61,782 nucleotides of DNA from a virus (taxonomy: Duplodnaviria; Caudoviricetes): IMG/VR virus record IMGVR_UViG_3300023174_000175, positions 1-61,782 of that record; one strand, 5' to 3'. The position numbers and the translations under genes were made by a program. Positions within the stretch are counted from its first letter, which is position 1, and the number at the start of each line of letters is the position of its first letter. Under the pieces are notes generated by a model. That model ran no database searches, was not told where the DNA came from, and saw only the letters and a program-made list of their open reading frames with translations. Below are positions 47,283-56,788 of this stretch, one piece after another.

Positions 47283-48050
47283 TTAAGCACCTTTCTCGTT
47301 TAGGTATTGTGCGTACAATGACGGTTCGGCTGATGCAATGTCAGCAAAAGCCTGTTCAAATGTTTTTGCTTCACCAGCAGAAACCATGGACTTAGCCATT
47401 GATTCCATCTGTGAGAAAGCGTTTCCCGTATTGGCTGAAGTGCGACCAATTTCGGCAAAAATGTTTGCTGATTCAGCCTGAGCATTAACACTCTCAAGAA
47501 CTGCTTCAACAGATTTTGCTAGAACTTCATCGGTTTCTGCCAACTTACGAAGGGCAGGTCCAACATTGTCTGCATCTAGTGAAAGGTGTGACCATGAGCG
47601 AGCCTTAGCAACTGCTTCTGCATCTGCACGGGCATCACGCTCTGACTTTAAAACGGCTTCAACTTCTGTAGCCTTAGCAACTGCTTCTTCCGCTTGCTTA
47701 CGCAAAACTTCAAAAGCCTTCTGCACAGGCTCTGGGGCTGACTTAATTACTTCATCGGTTTCATCAGCAGGAGCCTCAACTTCTGCGTCAACCTCTGTTG
47801 CTTCCTCAAGTTCAGCAATTCTTTCTTCTGCCTTTTGAAGCAAATCCATTGCTTCTTCAAGACGGGTTTCAATGGTTTCCGACATTGATTCCTCCTGTTT
47901 GATAACGGATGATTCAAGGAGTTCGTTAACAGATTCAGTAGAAGCAGATTTCATAACCAACCAACCATCATGCAAATGTGCAGGACGGTCAACGCCACTG
48001 GTTTCCTCAATGTCGAGATTAACCATTTTGCGAGTTGTTGTACGAGCCAT
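47283..48050 (-). CDS. Scaffold protein with N-terminal E-x-S-x-VD-x-PA segment
   Basis: LDIEETSGVDRPAH, then an acidic coiled coil; FAEIG. Confidence 0.8.
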   Translation of the reverse strand: MARTTTRKMVNLDIEETSGVDRPAHLHDGWLVMKSASTESVNELLESSVIKQEESMSETIETRLEEAMDLLQKAEERIAELEEATEVDAEVEAPADETDEVIKSAPEPVQKAFEVLRKQAEEAVAKATEVEAVLKSERDARADAEAVAKARSWSHLSLDADNVGPALRKLAETDEVLAKSVEAVLESVNAQAESANIFAEIGRTSANTGNAFSQMESMAKSMVSAGEAKTFEQAFADIASAEPSLYAQYLNEKGA

Positions 48051-48153
48051 AACATCCTCTGTTCTGAACATGCAGAATTAACTGCAAATCTTGACTTGCT
48101 CAAAATTAACACAAATCAATTACACTGAGGGTTTGACTTTGGGCGTGTCGGAT

Positions 48154-48348
48154 TTAACGACTTTGATAAAAACCAGTAGATGAACCGTGTTTGGAAACTT
48201 TGGTTGCACCCGTAATTACTCTTTTGGTTGAACCATTACCAATACGCAAATTCAAAGTAGTTTGATTAGTTACACCAGTAACAATCGCATGATAAACACG
48301 ACCAGATTCACGATAACGAACTGAAGTACCAACTTTAAAAACTTGCAT
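48154..48348 (-). CDS. Hypothetical basic protein
   Basis: TAATG coupling to dps. Confidence 0.6.
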   Translation of the reverse strand: MQVFKVGTSVRYRESGRVYHAIVTGVTNQTTLNLRIGNGSTKRVITGATKVSKHGSSTGFYQSR

Positions 48349-48845
48349 TACATCCCCAAACTAGAACGAAGTTGCCAATCCCATTTTTTGTGCATGTCAA
48401 TGCGTTCAGCAAGAAAATTAGCCACACCCTGCTCATTAGACGAGTTTGCAGAAGTGAAAGCCATGTTTAATGTATTAATAAGTTGAAGGTTTGCCTTCTG
48501 CAAATCTGATGCCATGGAACGGGGGTCATCAGCAGAACCAATGGTGGTTTCTGGCAGGGTTCGGTAAGCAATAAAATCTGACAACTTAAATGGTGCATCA
48601 ACGCCAAGTTTCAACATGTTTTCAGCCATTGGGTCAATTGAACTGTAAACATCTTCATAGATAGATTCAAAAAGTTCGTGGTATTGAGCAAAATCCGAAC
48701 CTTTAACATTCCAATGAAAGCCATGGGCACGAGTGTAAAAAGTGACAACATCAGCCAAGGCTGTACGCAATAACGAGGCAACATCGCCAACGGCTTTATT
48801 TATTGCTCCAAAAGGAACATAATCACTATCGTTAGTCAGAAACAT
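48348..48845 (-). CDS. dps: Dps/ferritin-like protein
   Basis: HGFHWNVKG..F...HELF..IY...D..AE; H.K..WQL. Confidence 0.93.
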   Translation of the reverse strand: MFLTNDSDYVPFGAINKAVGDVASLLRTALADVVTFYTRAHGFHWNVKGSDFAQYHELFESIYEDVYSSIDPMAENMLKLGVDAPFKLSDFIAYRTLPETTIGSADDPRSMASDLQKANLQLINTLNMAFTSANSSNEQGVANFLAERIDMHKKWDWQLRSSLGM

Positions 48846-49635
48846 CTTCGTCAGAAACCTTTACATCTTTTTTGGGCTTCTTCTTTTGCCCACCCATAAC
48901 AGTATCCACATGAACAGTGTTCACTGTAGGACCCGACACGGTAGATGAACTGTCTTCTTTAGCAACTGGCAAATCAACCTCAAGACGCTGGGCACGACCA
49001 CCAATCGAATAACCCATCAACTTTCCAGCCTTAACCATTTCCCAAGCCCATGGTTCCCAAACAACGCCAAGAAAAACAGTGTCCTTGGGGAAAGTAACAT
49101 CTTCCATAGTTCCATCAGATTTTTGCATAGGAACTGAAACTTCGTAAGGCCATGCCATGACCTCAACCCATTCACCAGCAACAACATCTTTATTGTGCTG
49201 AAGTCGGATACGGCGGTCATCTTTACGCACATAATCCCAAACCGATTTCTGCAACTCAGCAGAATCCGTCCACTCACCATGAGCATCAACACGGTCAGGA
49301 ACATACATTGGACCTAGGGTGTATCGGTTTTCACTAACAGCCTTGGAAACCAATGACATTTGCGGAGTTTCATCAATAGAGAATTGGTCATAAAAACCTT
49401 TACCGTTATGAGCCAATGATGAAGCCTCAAAAATGTCTATTTCGCCATCTTCAAAAGTTTCCCACTCATTTACAGGAGCAATCATTTGTCCTTCTTCAAA
49501 GTTTTTATTAAAATCTTGAGAAATTTCTTCATAGGCTTGTTTGAACTCAGCCGTATCTGGTAATCCTGCTTGAGCCAATGTGTTACCGTAAGCAACAGCA
49601 TTAGTAATGACATTTAATTGCTGAACTGTAATCAT
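48832..49635 (-). CDS. XkdF-like prohead serine protease
   Basis: YVPDRVDAHGE, LQH, W..VK.GKLMGYSIGG. Confidence 0.85.
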   Translation of the reverse strand: MITVQQLNVITNAVAYGNTLAQAGLPDTAEFKQAYEEISQDFNKNFEEGQMIAPVNEWETFEDGEIDIFEASSLAHNGKGFYDQFSIDETPQMSLVSKAVSENRYTLGPMYVPDRVDAHGEWTDSAELQKSVWDYVRKDDRRIRLQHNKDVVAGEWVEVMAWPYEVSVPMQKSDGTMEDVTFPKDTVFLGVVWEPWAWEMVKAGKLMGYSIGGRAQRLEVDLPVAKEDSSSTVSGPTVNTVHVDTVMGGQKKKPKKDVKVSDEDVSD

Positions 49636-51716
49636 TATGCATGTCCCTTCTCAATAAAATTATCCCACATACCTTGATTAAACACAACTTTGGGAGTGTT
49701 TTTACCGCCTTGTGCAATTACAGTAGCGTTAAAACCTTCAGTGCTAACCAATTTCCATTCATCAAAAGCGTTTGCTTCAAAAGCCAAAGGAGCCGTAAGA
49801 CTAACACCTTTATGAATTTTACGGATGACACTATGGGGAACATAACGGCGTTCAGTTTTAGCCCTGTTATTAGAACGCCGAATTGCTTCACTAACAGAAA
49901 CTGTCGCGTAAAAGGCTTTAACAACATAACCCTTTTGCCGAGCAGTATCAATCTTGCCAAGAAGATTTTCAAATTTGCCATTGCCCGTACTGTCATAAAC
50001 AATGTCTGCTCTTTTAGCCAAACCTGCTTTTTCAATTGCCTTAGCCAACATGGAAGATTCTTCATGAGTGTGAGTGCCAGCACCCTTAAAATCAGCCATA
50101 GAGGTGCTGGTAGACATTCTTTTCATTTCGGGAATCATAGTTTTAACCATGTCAGCATTAACCTGAACAGCATCACCGCTAGAAATAAAAGCATCCGTAG
50201 CAGGGTCAGTGATTGGTTGTGGAACTCCCACTTTACCTTTACGAATCATTGTGGTTTTACCTGAAGCAGGTCCACCACCAATTAGATAATAAGTGGGATT
50301 TTTTTGACTCTTAGTTCCATCAACAAAAGTATGCACAATTTCCTCATGAAGTTTTAATCTTTCAGGAGTAAAAACATACTTTAATTGCCCATTGGTAGTT
50401 GTGTAATTAGGGTTAGGCATCAAATGATGCCAAGCAGAATCGCTAGGAGTAATTGATTCAGAACCACCCCACTCTTTCCCAGTGATTGCTTCAGGAATAC
50501 CGTACTTGTAGCCACCAGTTGCTTCAGGAGTAGAAGTGCCACGCTTAACACCACCATAATTACCGCCACCCTCAGCAGTGTCACGATAAATTTTATTAGA
50601 ACCTGCTTCTGGAGCATGCAAACCTTCACCAGCAGGTGATTTAGCCCATGACCCGTGAGTTGACTGGTCATGCTGACCAGCAAGGTGTTTCAATAACGGA
50701 ATAGTGCTTAATTGAGGAATAGGGTCAACTAACAAACGGCGGTATCTGCGTTTACTACCATTTAAAGCATCAAAAAATCCTGCATCCGTAACAATTTGGT
50801 CAGCATAAACACCATTAGTTAGTGAATCAGAACCTTTACGAAAATTATCCAACAAACCATGTAATTCTTCATGCCGTTTCATAACAGCAGGAATGGCAAA
50901 AGGATTTGAATTAGTGCGTTTCAACTCACGACCAGAATCGTAACCATCATTGTAGGACAAACGAACAGTTTTTTTGCTCAAAATTTTAGTGATTGCTTGA
51001 AAATCCGAACCACTAACAGAAGAGCCGTGTGCCCAATCCCCGTGAGTTGACTGGTCATGTTTGCCCTGCATGTGTTTAGACATGCCATTTAATAAATTTT
51101 CAGGAATTATCCAAAACTTGCATAAAGCACAATGGTCAATTTGCCCCTCAACAATTTCACAACCTTGACCACCTTCATAAAATACACAATTTGCACACAT
51201 TAAACCTTCAGACATGAAAGGATTTTCTTCCATGTAATGTGCCCCGTTAGCACCGCAACCTTTATTGAACTTACCAACGGTTTCGGTTAAAGATTCCAAA
51301 AATTCATAAATTGCAGATTGGGTTTCATTTAGTGCATCTTCAGGTTCAGGGTCATTCATGTTCATTGGGGCATCTTTAGCCACCGTATCGAATTTTAAAG
51401 TGTAACCATCAACAGTCAAAATAGTGGTTTTAGAAACAGATTCAGGATAACCCAACTCAACATTGACCGTATCAACCACATCAGAAGGGATGCCATCAAA
51501 CGCTTTATTTACAGGAACATTGTTTTCAACGCCAACTTCAATAACAGCACGATTCCACTCATCGCCTTTATGTCCATGGTCTAAACCACGAACCAGCAAC
51601 TCCGTTGTGACAAGATGGTGGGCTTGAACTTTTACAGGGTCAGCAACATCAGCATGCAAAGACTTATGTAACACTTCCAAATCAGCATTACTTAAATTAG
51701 TTAAATCAAATGACAT
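49635..51716 (-). CDS. Two-tag polyprotein: HiPIP-like Cys domain, short module, zeta-toxin/AAA_33 kinase
   Basis: CANCVFY..C..V.G.I..CALCKFW; GGGPASGKTT, VNAD..K, HEESS, YDST. Confidence 0.8.
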   Translation of the reverse strand: MSFDLTNLSNADLEVLHKSLHADVADPVKVQAHHLVTTELLVRGLDHGHKGDEWNRAVIEVGVENNVPVNKAFDGIPSDVVDTVNVELGYPESVSKTTILTVDGYTLKFDTVAKDAPMNMNDPEPEDALNETQSAIYEFLESLTETVGKFNKGCGANGAHYMEENPFMSEGLMCANCVFYEGGQGCEIVEGQIDHCALCKFWIIPENLLNGMSKHMQGKHDQSTHGDWAHGSSVSGSDFQAITKILSKKTVRLSYNDGYDSGRELKRTNSNPFAIPAVMKRHEELHGLLDNFRKGSDSLTNGVYADQIVTDAGFFDALNGSKRRYRRLLVDPIPQLSTIPLLKHLAGQHDQSTHGSWAKSPAGEGLHAPEAGSNKIYRDTAEGGGNYGGVKRGTSTPEATGGYKYGIPEAITGKEWGGSESITPSDSAWHHLMPNPNYTTTNGQLKYVFTPERLKLHEEIVHTFVDGTKSQKNPTYYLIGGGPASGKTTMIRKGKVGVPQPITDPATDAFISSGDAVQVNADMVKTMIPEMKRMSTSTSMADFKGAGTHTHEESSMLAKAIEKAGLAKRADIVYDSTGNGKFENLLGKIDTARQKGYVVKAFYATVSVSEAIRRSNNRAKTERRYVPHSVIRKIHKGVSLTAPLAFEANAFDEWKLVSTEGFNATVIAQGGKNTPKVVFNQGMWDNFIEKGHA

Positions 51717-51753
51717 TTGAACTCCTTCCCGACAGAATAGCAAACAAAATTAA

Positions 51754-51858
51754 CTATTCAGGTTTTGTCGGCTCAAGCAATTCTCTCGGTTTCATTCGTT
51801 CAGGAATACAATCAGGGTCAATAGGGTCAATGTTTTCAACTATTAAATAATCATCCAT
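51754..51858 (-). CDS. 34-aa peptide following the HEIAH module
   Basis: MDDYLIVENIDPIDPDCIPER...; overlaps the upstream stop. Confidence 0.45.
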   Translation of the reverse strand: MDDYLIVENIDPIDPDCIPERMKPRELLEPTKPE

Positions 51859-54553
51859 TTAAAACACCTTCTTGTACATAGAAATTACGCAAACTAGCAC
51901 CCAACTCGGAACCCCAATAATGGTCAGCAAGCGTAACCAAATTTTCCGCAAACTCAACACCGTGGGCCGCATGAGGATTTTCTTCACTAATAGCCGTGGC
52001 ATAATGAGCAATTTCATGCAAAAGAGTACTTTCGCTAAAACTGTAATGTGAATCTATTTTGAACTCGCTTGTGGTTTTTTCGCGACCAGTAGTGCGATTA
52101 ATAATCACGCCATAGGCATAAGACCCAGATAAAGTCATTGAATTGTTAGTTTTAATTTCTAAAGTACTTCTTAACTGATTTCCACTACCAAAAGTTTCAA
52201 CAAACCAAGGGTCATCAATAACAGTCGTAATGTACTTTTTAATTCCAGACAAAGTGCCATTTAAATTTTTTGCACCCAAGTCAGAAACAATAAATTTATG
52301 TGACTCTCTAGCCCAAACAGTGTGGGCTTTTCTGTAATCTTTAAACGCTCTTACATAATCATCTCGTGATTCAAAATCACTGCTTTTTGGTGCTTGTGGT
52401 TGATTTTTTCGCATTTCTTCGTAATGGTCTTTACCCATTACGCTTTCTTTAAACAAGGCTTCAGCACCATAAATTTTATTTTGCAAAGGGTCGTGTTTTT
52501 GTTTTCGTAAATCCAGCATTTCTCTGGTCGTCAAACTGTGACCACCTTTAACAGCATTTAAATGCGTACCGTGTGCCCAATTGCCATGACTGGACTGGTC
52601 ATGCTGACCTAAAAAATGTTTAAAAAAATCAGAATCAACAGGAACCTGAACAATTACTGAGGCTTCGGCAACTTCCCGTAAATTTTTTCCGCCCAATCCA
52701 TAATTTCCTCGTCCGTCATCTGATTCAATGGTTTCGGGGATGAGGCTATGTTTATGACTTCCTTTTTCGACTGTTCCACCAGTACCTCCTGTTTGAATCT
52801 CATCAAAGTTTACAACATCCCAAATACTAATTTGGTTACGCCTTCTACCCAACGAAATTGCTTGCTTCTTACTAACAACTTTGTCCGTAACATCCAAATG
52901 AACTTGTTGCTGTTCTTTTGGTATTTCAACCGTTACACCATTAATTGTTTTTGTTGTTTCATGCCACACACCAAGATAGGCACGACCAGAACCCAACTCT
53001 GATTTGTTCTTAATCAAGAACGCACCAAGAATTTTGGCTCCTTTTTTCTCGTTAAAAAAATCTGATGCCGTGACTACAGTGCCAAACTTGTCACTGTTTC
53101 GAGATACCATGTAGCCATCTGGAGGCAGTGAGCCGTCTGTTAACTTGATTGATAAACCACCGTTTTCGGCTACTTGCGACAGCACATCATGAACAACTTC
53201 TGGTGCAACATGGCTGTTGAACCTGCGTCCGTGAGTTGATTGGTCGTGTTGACCTTGAAGGTGTTTCTCAACCTCGGTTGATTTAATCTTAGCCCGTAAA
53301 ATAGCAATGTCAAACCGCAAAGCCTTAGAAAACGCACTATTTTTATTATTCTCACCCAATGCAATTGGGGCAACGCCAACTACATCATTCCAAGCAAGAA
53401 CCACATCAATTAATTCTTTAGCAGGAACATTTACCCGAATAACAGGCATTTTCACAGAACTGTCACGCAAACTCATGGACAAAATAGCGGCCCACCTATG
53501 ATGACCGTCAATTACATAATTATCGCTAGACACAATAATTCTAGATTTGTCGTCATCTTTAATGCCTTTTTCTTCCAATGACAACATAATTTGAGCAGAT
53601 TTTGAAGCAGAAATTTCCGATTGAATTGGGTGCAACGCTTGTGGGCTTAAATCAACTCGTTTGTAAGAAATTCCCTCTTTGTCCATCTCAGCAAGAAATT
53701 CATTTTTTAAACCAGAGGGAACTTGTGGCATTTTATCCCTAGGAATGCCCATGTTGTCGCCCGTGTAAAAATGCGTTCCAACAATTTCAAGGTTAGTTAA
53801 ATCAGGATTATCTTGGCGTTTAGCCATTTGCTCCATAAAGAAATGAACATCTAATGGACTAATTTTACCTTGTTTGCCAGCAACTACATTATCAATTGCA
53901 TCGGCAACTGGGTATTGATAATCAGATTTTGTTCCACTATGCCCAGCCCAATTTCCATGTGTAGATTGGTCGTGTTGTCCTGCAAGGTGCTTTTGAACTG
54001 ATTGCGGATAATAAGACCATTCGTACAAAGAATTACCGTCAGTGTAAATTTCATTGGCATGAACTGTGGTGTGCAAAATGTCGTAATCACCAAAACGAGC
54101 AGTTACACTACTTTCGCCATGTAATTTGGCGTATTCTTCGGAAATAGTAACCCAATCACCAGCATTAACTTTAGTAACGCCTTTGGGTACAGCACGATAA
54201 ATGGTCACATGAGCATCGGGTTTATTACGAATACTTACAAGCAAATCATGGATTTTTTTATCTTCAGCCCTATTGTTGCCACCGTGCCCATAAATTCTGG
54301 CACCATCAGAATCATAAACATTTTTTGGATAAATGTTTCCATTTCCAGTTAAATCGTATGCAGGGGCACCATCTTCGGGTTCTGGAGGACGGTGACTCAT
54401 TTGATAATCAGTTTCACTGTTAGCACCGCCATGTGCCCAATCGCCGTGTGAACTCTGGTCATGCTGACCTTGCAAATGTTTTTCAACTTTCACACCATGT
54501 TTAACACCCAAATCGGGGTAAACCACATCAAAAGTTACATCATCTAAAATCAT
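51851..54553 (-). CDS. Four-tag polyprotein: ART-like?, ParB/Srx-like, unknown, HExxH peptidase
   Basis: IYRAVP..GDWVT..E; IVSSDNYVIDGHHRW; YLGVW..NQISIWD; LLHEIAH..HGVEF. Confidence 0.8.
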   Translation of the reverse strand: MILDDVTFDVVYPDLGVKHGVKVEKHLQGQHDQSSHGDWAHGGANSETDYQMSHRPPEPEDGAPAYDLTGNGNIYPKNVYDSDGARIYGHGGNNRAEDKKIHDLLVSIRNKPDAHVTIYRAVPKGVTKVNAGDWVTISEEYAKLHGESSVTARFGDYDILHTTVHANEIYTDGNSLYEWSYYPQSVQKHLAGQHDQSTHGNWAGHSGTKSDYQYPVADAIDNVVAGKQGKISPLDVHFFMEQMAKRQDNPDLTNLEIVGTHFYTGDNMGIPRDKMPQVPSGLKNEFLAEMDKEGISYKRVDLSPQALHPIQSEISASKSAQIMLSLEEKGIKDDDKSRIIVSSDNYVIDGHHRWAAILSMSLRDSSVKMPVIRVNVPAKELIDVVLAWNDVVGVAPIALGENNKNSAFSKALRFDIAILRAKIKSTEVEKHLQGQHDQSTHGRRFNSHVAPEVVHDVLSQVAENGGLSIKLTDGSLPPDGYMVSRNSDKFGTVVTASDFFNEKKGAKILGAFLIKNKSELGSGRAYLGVWHETTKTINGVTVEIPKEQQQVHLDVTDKVVSKKQAISLGRRRNQISIWDVVNFDEIQTGGTGGTVEKGSHKHSLIPETIESDDGRGNYGLGGKNLREVAEASVIVQVPVDSDFFKHFLGQHDQSSHGNWAHGTHLNAVKGGHSLTTREMLDLRKQKHDPLQNKIYGAEALFKESVMGKDHYEEMRKNQPQAPKSSDFESRDDYVRAFKDYRKAHTVWARESHKFIVSDLGAKNLNGTLSGIKKYITTVIDDPWFVETFGSGNQLRSTLEIKTNNSMTLSGSYAYGVIINRTTGREKTTSEFKIDSHYSFSESTLLHEIAHYATAISEENPHAAHGVEFAENLVTLADHYWGSELGASLRNFYVQEGVLNG

Positions 54554-55395
54554 GAAAATACCCCATTGCCATCAGTTTTGTAAGAAAACAAATCCAAAAC
54601 ATTAGCCTGTTTATCTAAGCCCTCATTGCGTAACAAGTATTTCCAAGTTTCCAAAAATGGTAAATTATGACCGCCATCCCCTGCATTGCCTTCCACCCAA
54701 TTGCCTTCAAGAATGTGGGAAATTTCATGCAACAAAACAAATTGGCTAACACCTTTAGGTTTGTAAATTAAAACAGGAAGAGTTGCATTGTGTAAAGGAT
54801 GATTTTCGTCTGCAACATTGCCACGAGTGACTCCAGCCTCAATACCATCAACTAAATAATGACCGTCTTCATCTGGCCACAATTGGTAAACTCTGTCACC
54901 ATAACCGTATTTGGCAAATACTTCATCAACATAAGTTGCAATGTCTTTTCGATTGGTAAAAATGCGTCCTTGTCCAACTGCTTGTAAAGGTGCCGAATCA
55001 AGGCATAAACCTGAAGCAAACTCAATTTGTTTATCATCAGGGGCACCTGTTGGAACAACATCGCTCCAATCCGTACCATCTTTCCAAGGTATTGCCACAC
55101 CAGTCAAATTATTTGGTTTATGAACAACGCCACCATTTTTAGCCCAATTACCATGTGAACTCTGGTCGTGCTGTCCTGTCAAATGTTTAGACAAATCAAA
55201 TTGCAAATAACTATTTACAGCAATTTTTAATGATTCTGGCATACTTCTAAATGCTGGTAAATGCTGAAAATTTTCCCAATTACCACCTATTGCAATAAGA
55301 AATGCTTTTGGCTCAAGTGGCAAATCCCAACTTGCACTTTTAATCCAATCAGAATTAATTAATGAATCATCAACATTTATTTTTAATTTTTTCAT
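54550..55395 (-). CDS. Tagged HExxH (SprT-like) metallopeptidase
   Basis: Tag then VLLHEISH...GHNLPF; probable start at 55395 (TAATG). Confidence 0.75.
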   Translation of the reverse strand: MKKLKINVDDSLINSDWIKSASWDLPLEPKAFLIAIGGNWENFQHLPAFRSMPESLKIAVNSYLQFDLSKHLTGQHDQSSHGNWAKNGGVVHKPNNLTGVAIPWKDGTDWSDVVPTGAPDDKQIEFASGLCLDSAPLQAVGQGRIFTNRKDIATYVDEVFAKYGYGDRVYQLWPDEDGHYLVDGIEAGVTRGNVADENHPLHNATLPVLIYKPKGVSQFVLLHEISHILEGNWVEGNAGDGGHNLPFLETWKYLLRNEGLDKQANVLDLFSYKTDGNGVFS

Positions 55396-56750
55396 TATTT
55401 TGGATTCAATTCTTTCCAAGGCACAACTCGTCCTATCATTGGTTTTCCTAACAACACTGTTTCAAATTCATGAAAACAACCCATACCAGTACCAGCCATT
55501 CCAAGAATTTGAGATGCGTTTACTACAGACTCAACTACGCCACCAACTGTTCTTTTAGTATCTAACGGGTCACTGTAGTCAAATTCAACAGCAAAATTTC
55601 TTGCTGTTTCTTTACTAAGACTCCAAGAAGAAGCAGGTCTTGTTTGCACATCAAAAATTGATACAGAATCCGCAGAACCATTCAAAGATGCAACATCACT
55701 AACACCACGATAAACTGTAACTTCTTGAACTCCTTGTTTTGCTAAAAAATCTTGTGTTAAATCATAAGTGGCTTGCACATAAGATTGTAAAAGTTTTCCA
55801 TGTTTGCTTAAAATGCTTGTAACTTTACTTTGTGTTTCATCGGTCATAGGCCAATCTGAACTATCCGACAAATTAAATTGTTTTTTTACTGCTTCTTGAA
55901 CCGCAAGACTGGCAGGATAGTCGTCATTTGATGTTTGTGCCCACAATTTTACAAGAGTACTACAAGAAGCATTGCGAACCATTGTTTCAGCCTGTGGAGT
56001 GCCTTGCATAGCCCATTTAACATAATTTTTTTCTACAGAATTGTGCATCCGAACTGCTCGTGCAATTTCAGCAGGAGTGGCTTTACCATCTTTAATACCC
56101 AATTTGTCAGTGATTTCGTAATCTAAAACATCAGTCCAGTGATGAACTTCTACCTCACCACTATCCAATTCGGCAACCAGATTTATTCCATTTACTAAAT
56201 CGCCATCACCATTGTCGTCATAATACTCTGTTTGTGCAGGAGTAATAGCAATTTGCAATTCCTTCACATACTGTTTAGTAAAATCTTCAGTAGCAACAGG
56301 ACGAGCAAAAAATACTGCATCCACATTAAAATCAAGCAAATCTTGTGTTGAAACATTGAGCATTGCATCAGATTTTGCTATTGCTTCTGCTGTTTTTGAT
56401 TTAAGTTCTCTTTCAGCAATACTGCCACCTAACCATGGCGTAAAATTTGCAATTCGCGGTGCCCCATTGCCATTGCCATTTAAATCCAATTCCTCAACGG
56501 GAACTCCGTCAAAACTTTCAATACCTAAATCAATCCCGTATTGCGTTAATTGCGAAAGAACTAATTTTTCCATTCCATTTGTCGGCGTAACAACTACTTC
56601 GGCTACATTATCAGCCCAATTACCATGACTGGATTGGTCATGCAAACCTTCTAAATGCTTAATCAGAACAACATCAGAAGATTCAACTACCCCAATAAAC
56701 TTGGCGAGCCGTGCAATGCGTGACACAAAACCTCCTGAAATACTAGACAA
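55395..56750 (-). CDS. Tagged R-S-ExE ADP-ribosyltransferase-like protein
   Basis: VYRG...ASSWS...ARNFA...EFETVL; paralog of 1401-2507. Confidence 0.72.
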   Translation of the reverse strand: MSSISGGFVSRIARLAKFIGVVESSDVVLIKHLEGLHDQSSHGNWADNVAEVVVTPTNGMEKLVLSQLTQYGIDLGIESFDGVPVEELDLNGNGNGAPRIANFTPWLGGSIAERELKSKTAEAIAKSDAMLNVSTQDLLDFNVDAVFFARPVATEDFTKQYVKELQIAITPAQTEYYDDNGDGDLVNGINLVAELDSGEVEVHHWTDVLDYEITDKLGIKDGKATPAEIARAVRMHNSVEKNYVKWAMQGTPQAETMVRNASCSTLVKLWAQTSNDDYPASLAVQEAVKKQFNLSDSSDWPMTDETQSKVTSILSKHGKLLQSYVQATYDLTQDFLAKQGVQEVTVYRGVSDVASLNGSADSVSIFDVQTRPASSWSLSKETARNFAVEFDYSDPLDTKRTVGGVVESVVNASQILGMAGTGMGCFHEFETVLLGKPMIGRVVPWKELNPK

Positions 56751-56788
56751 GAATACCCCAGAAGCATTACCTCAAAAGGTCAACTCGC

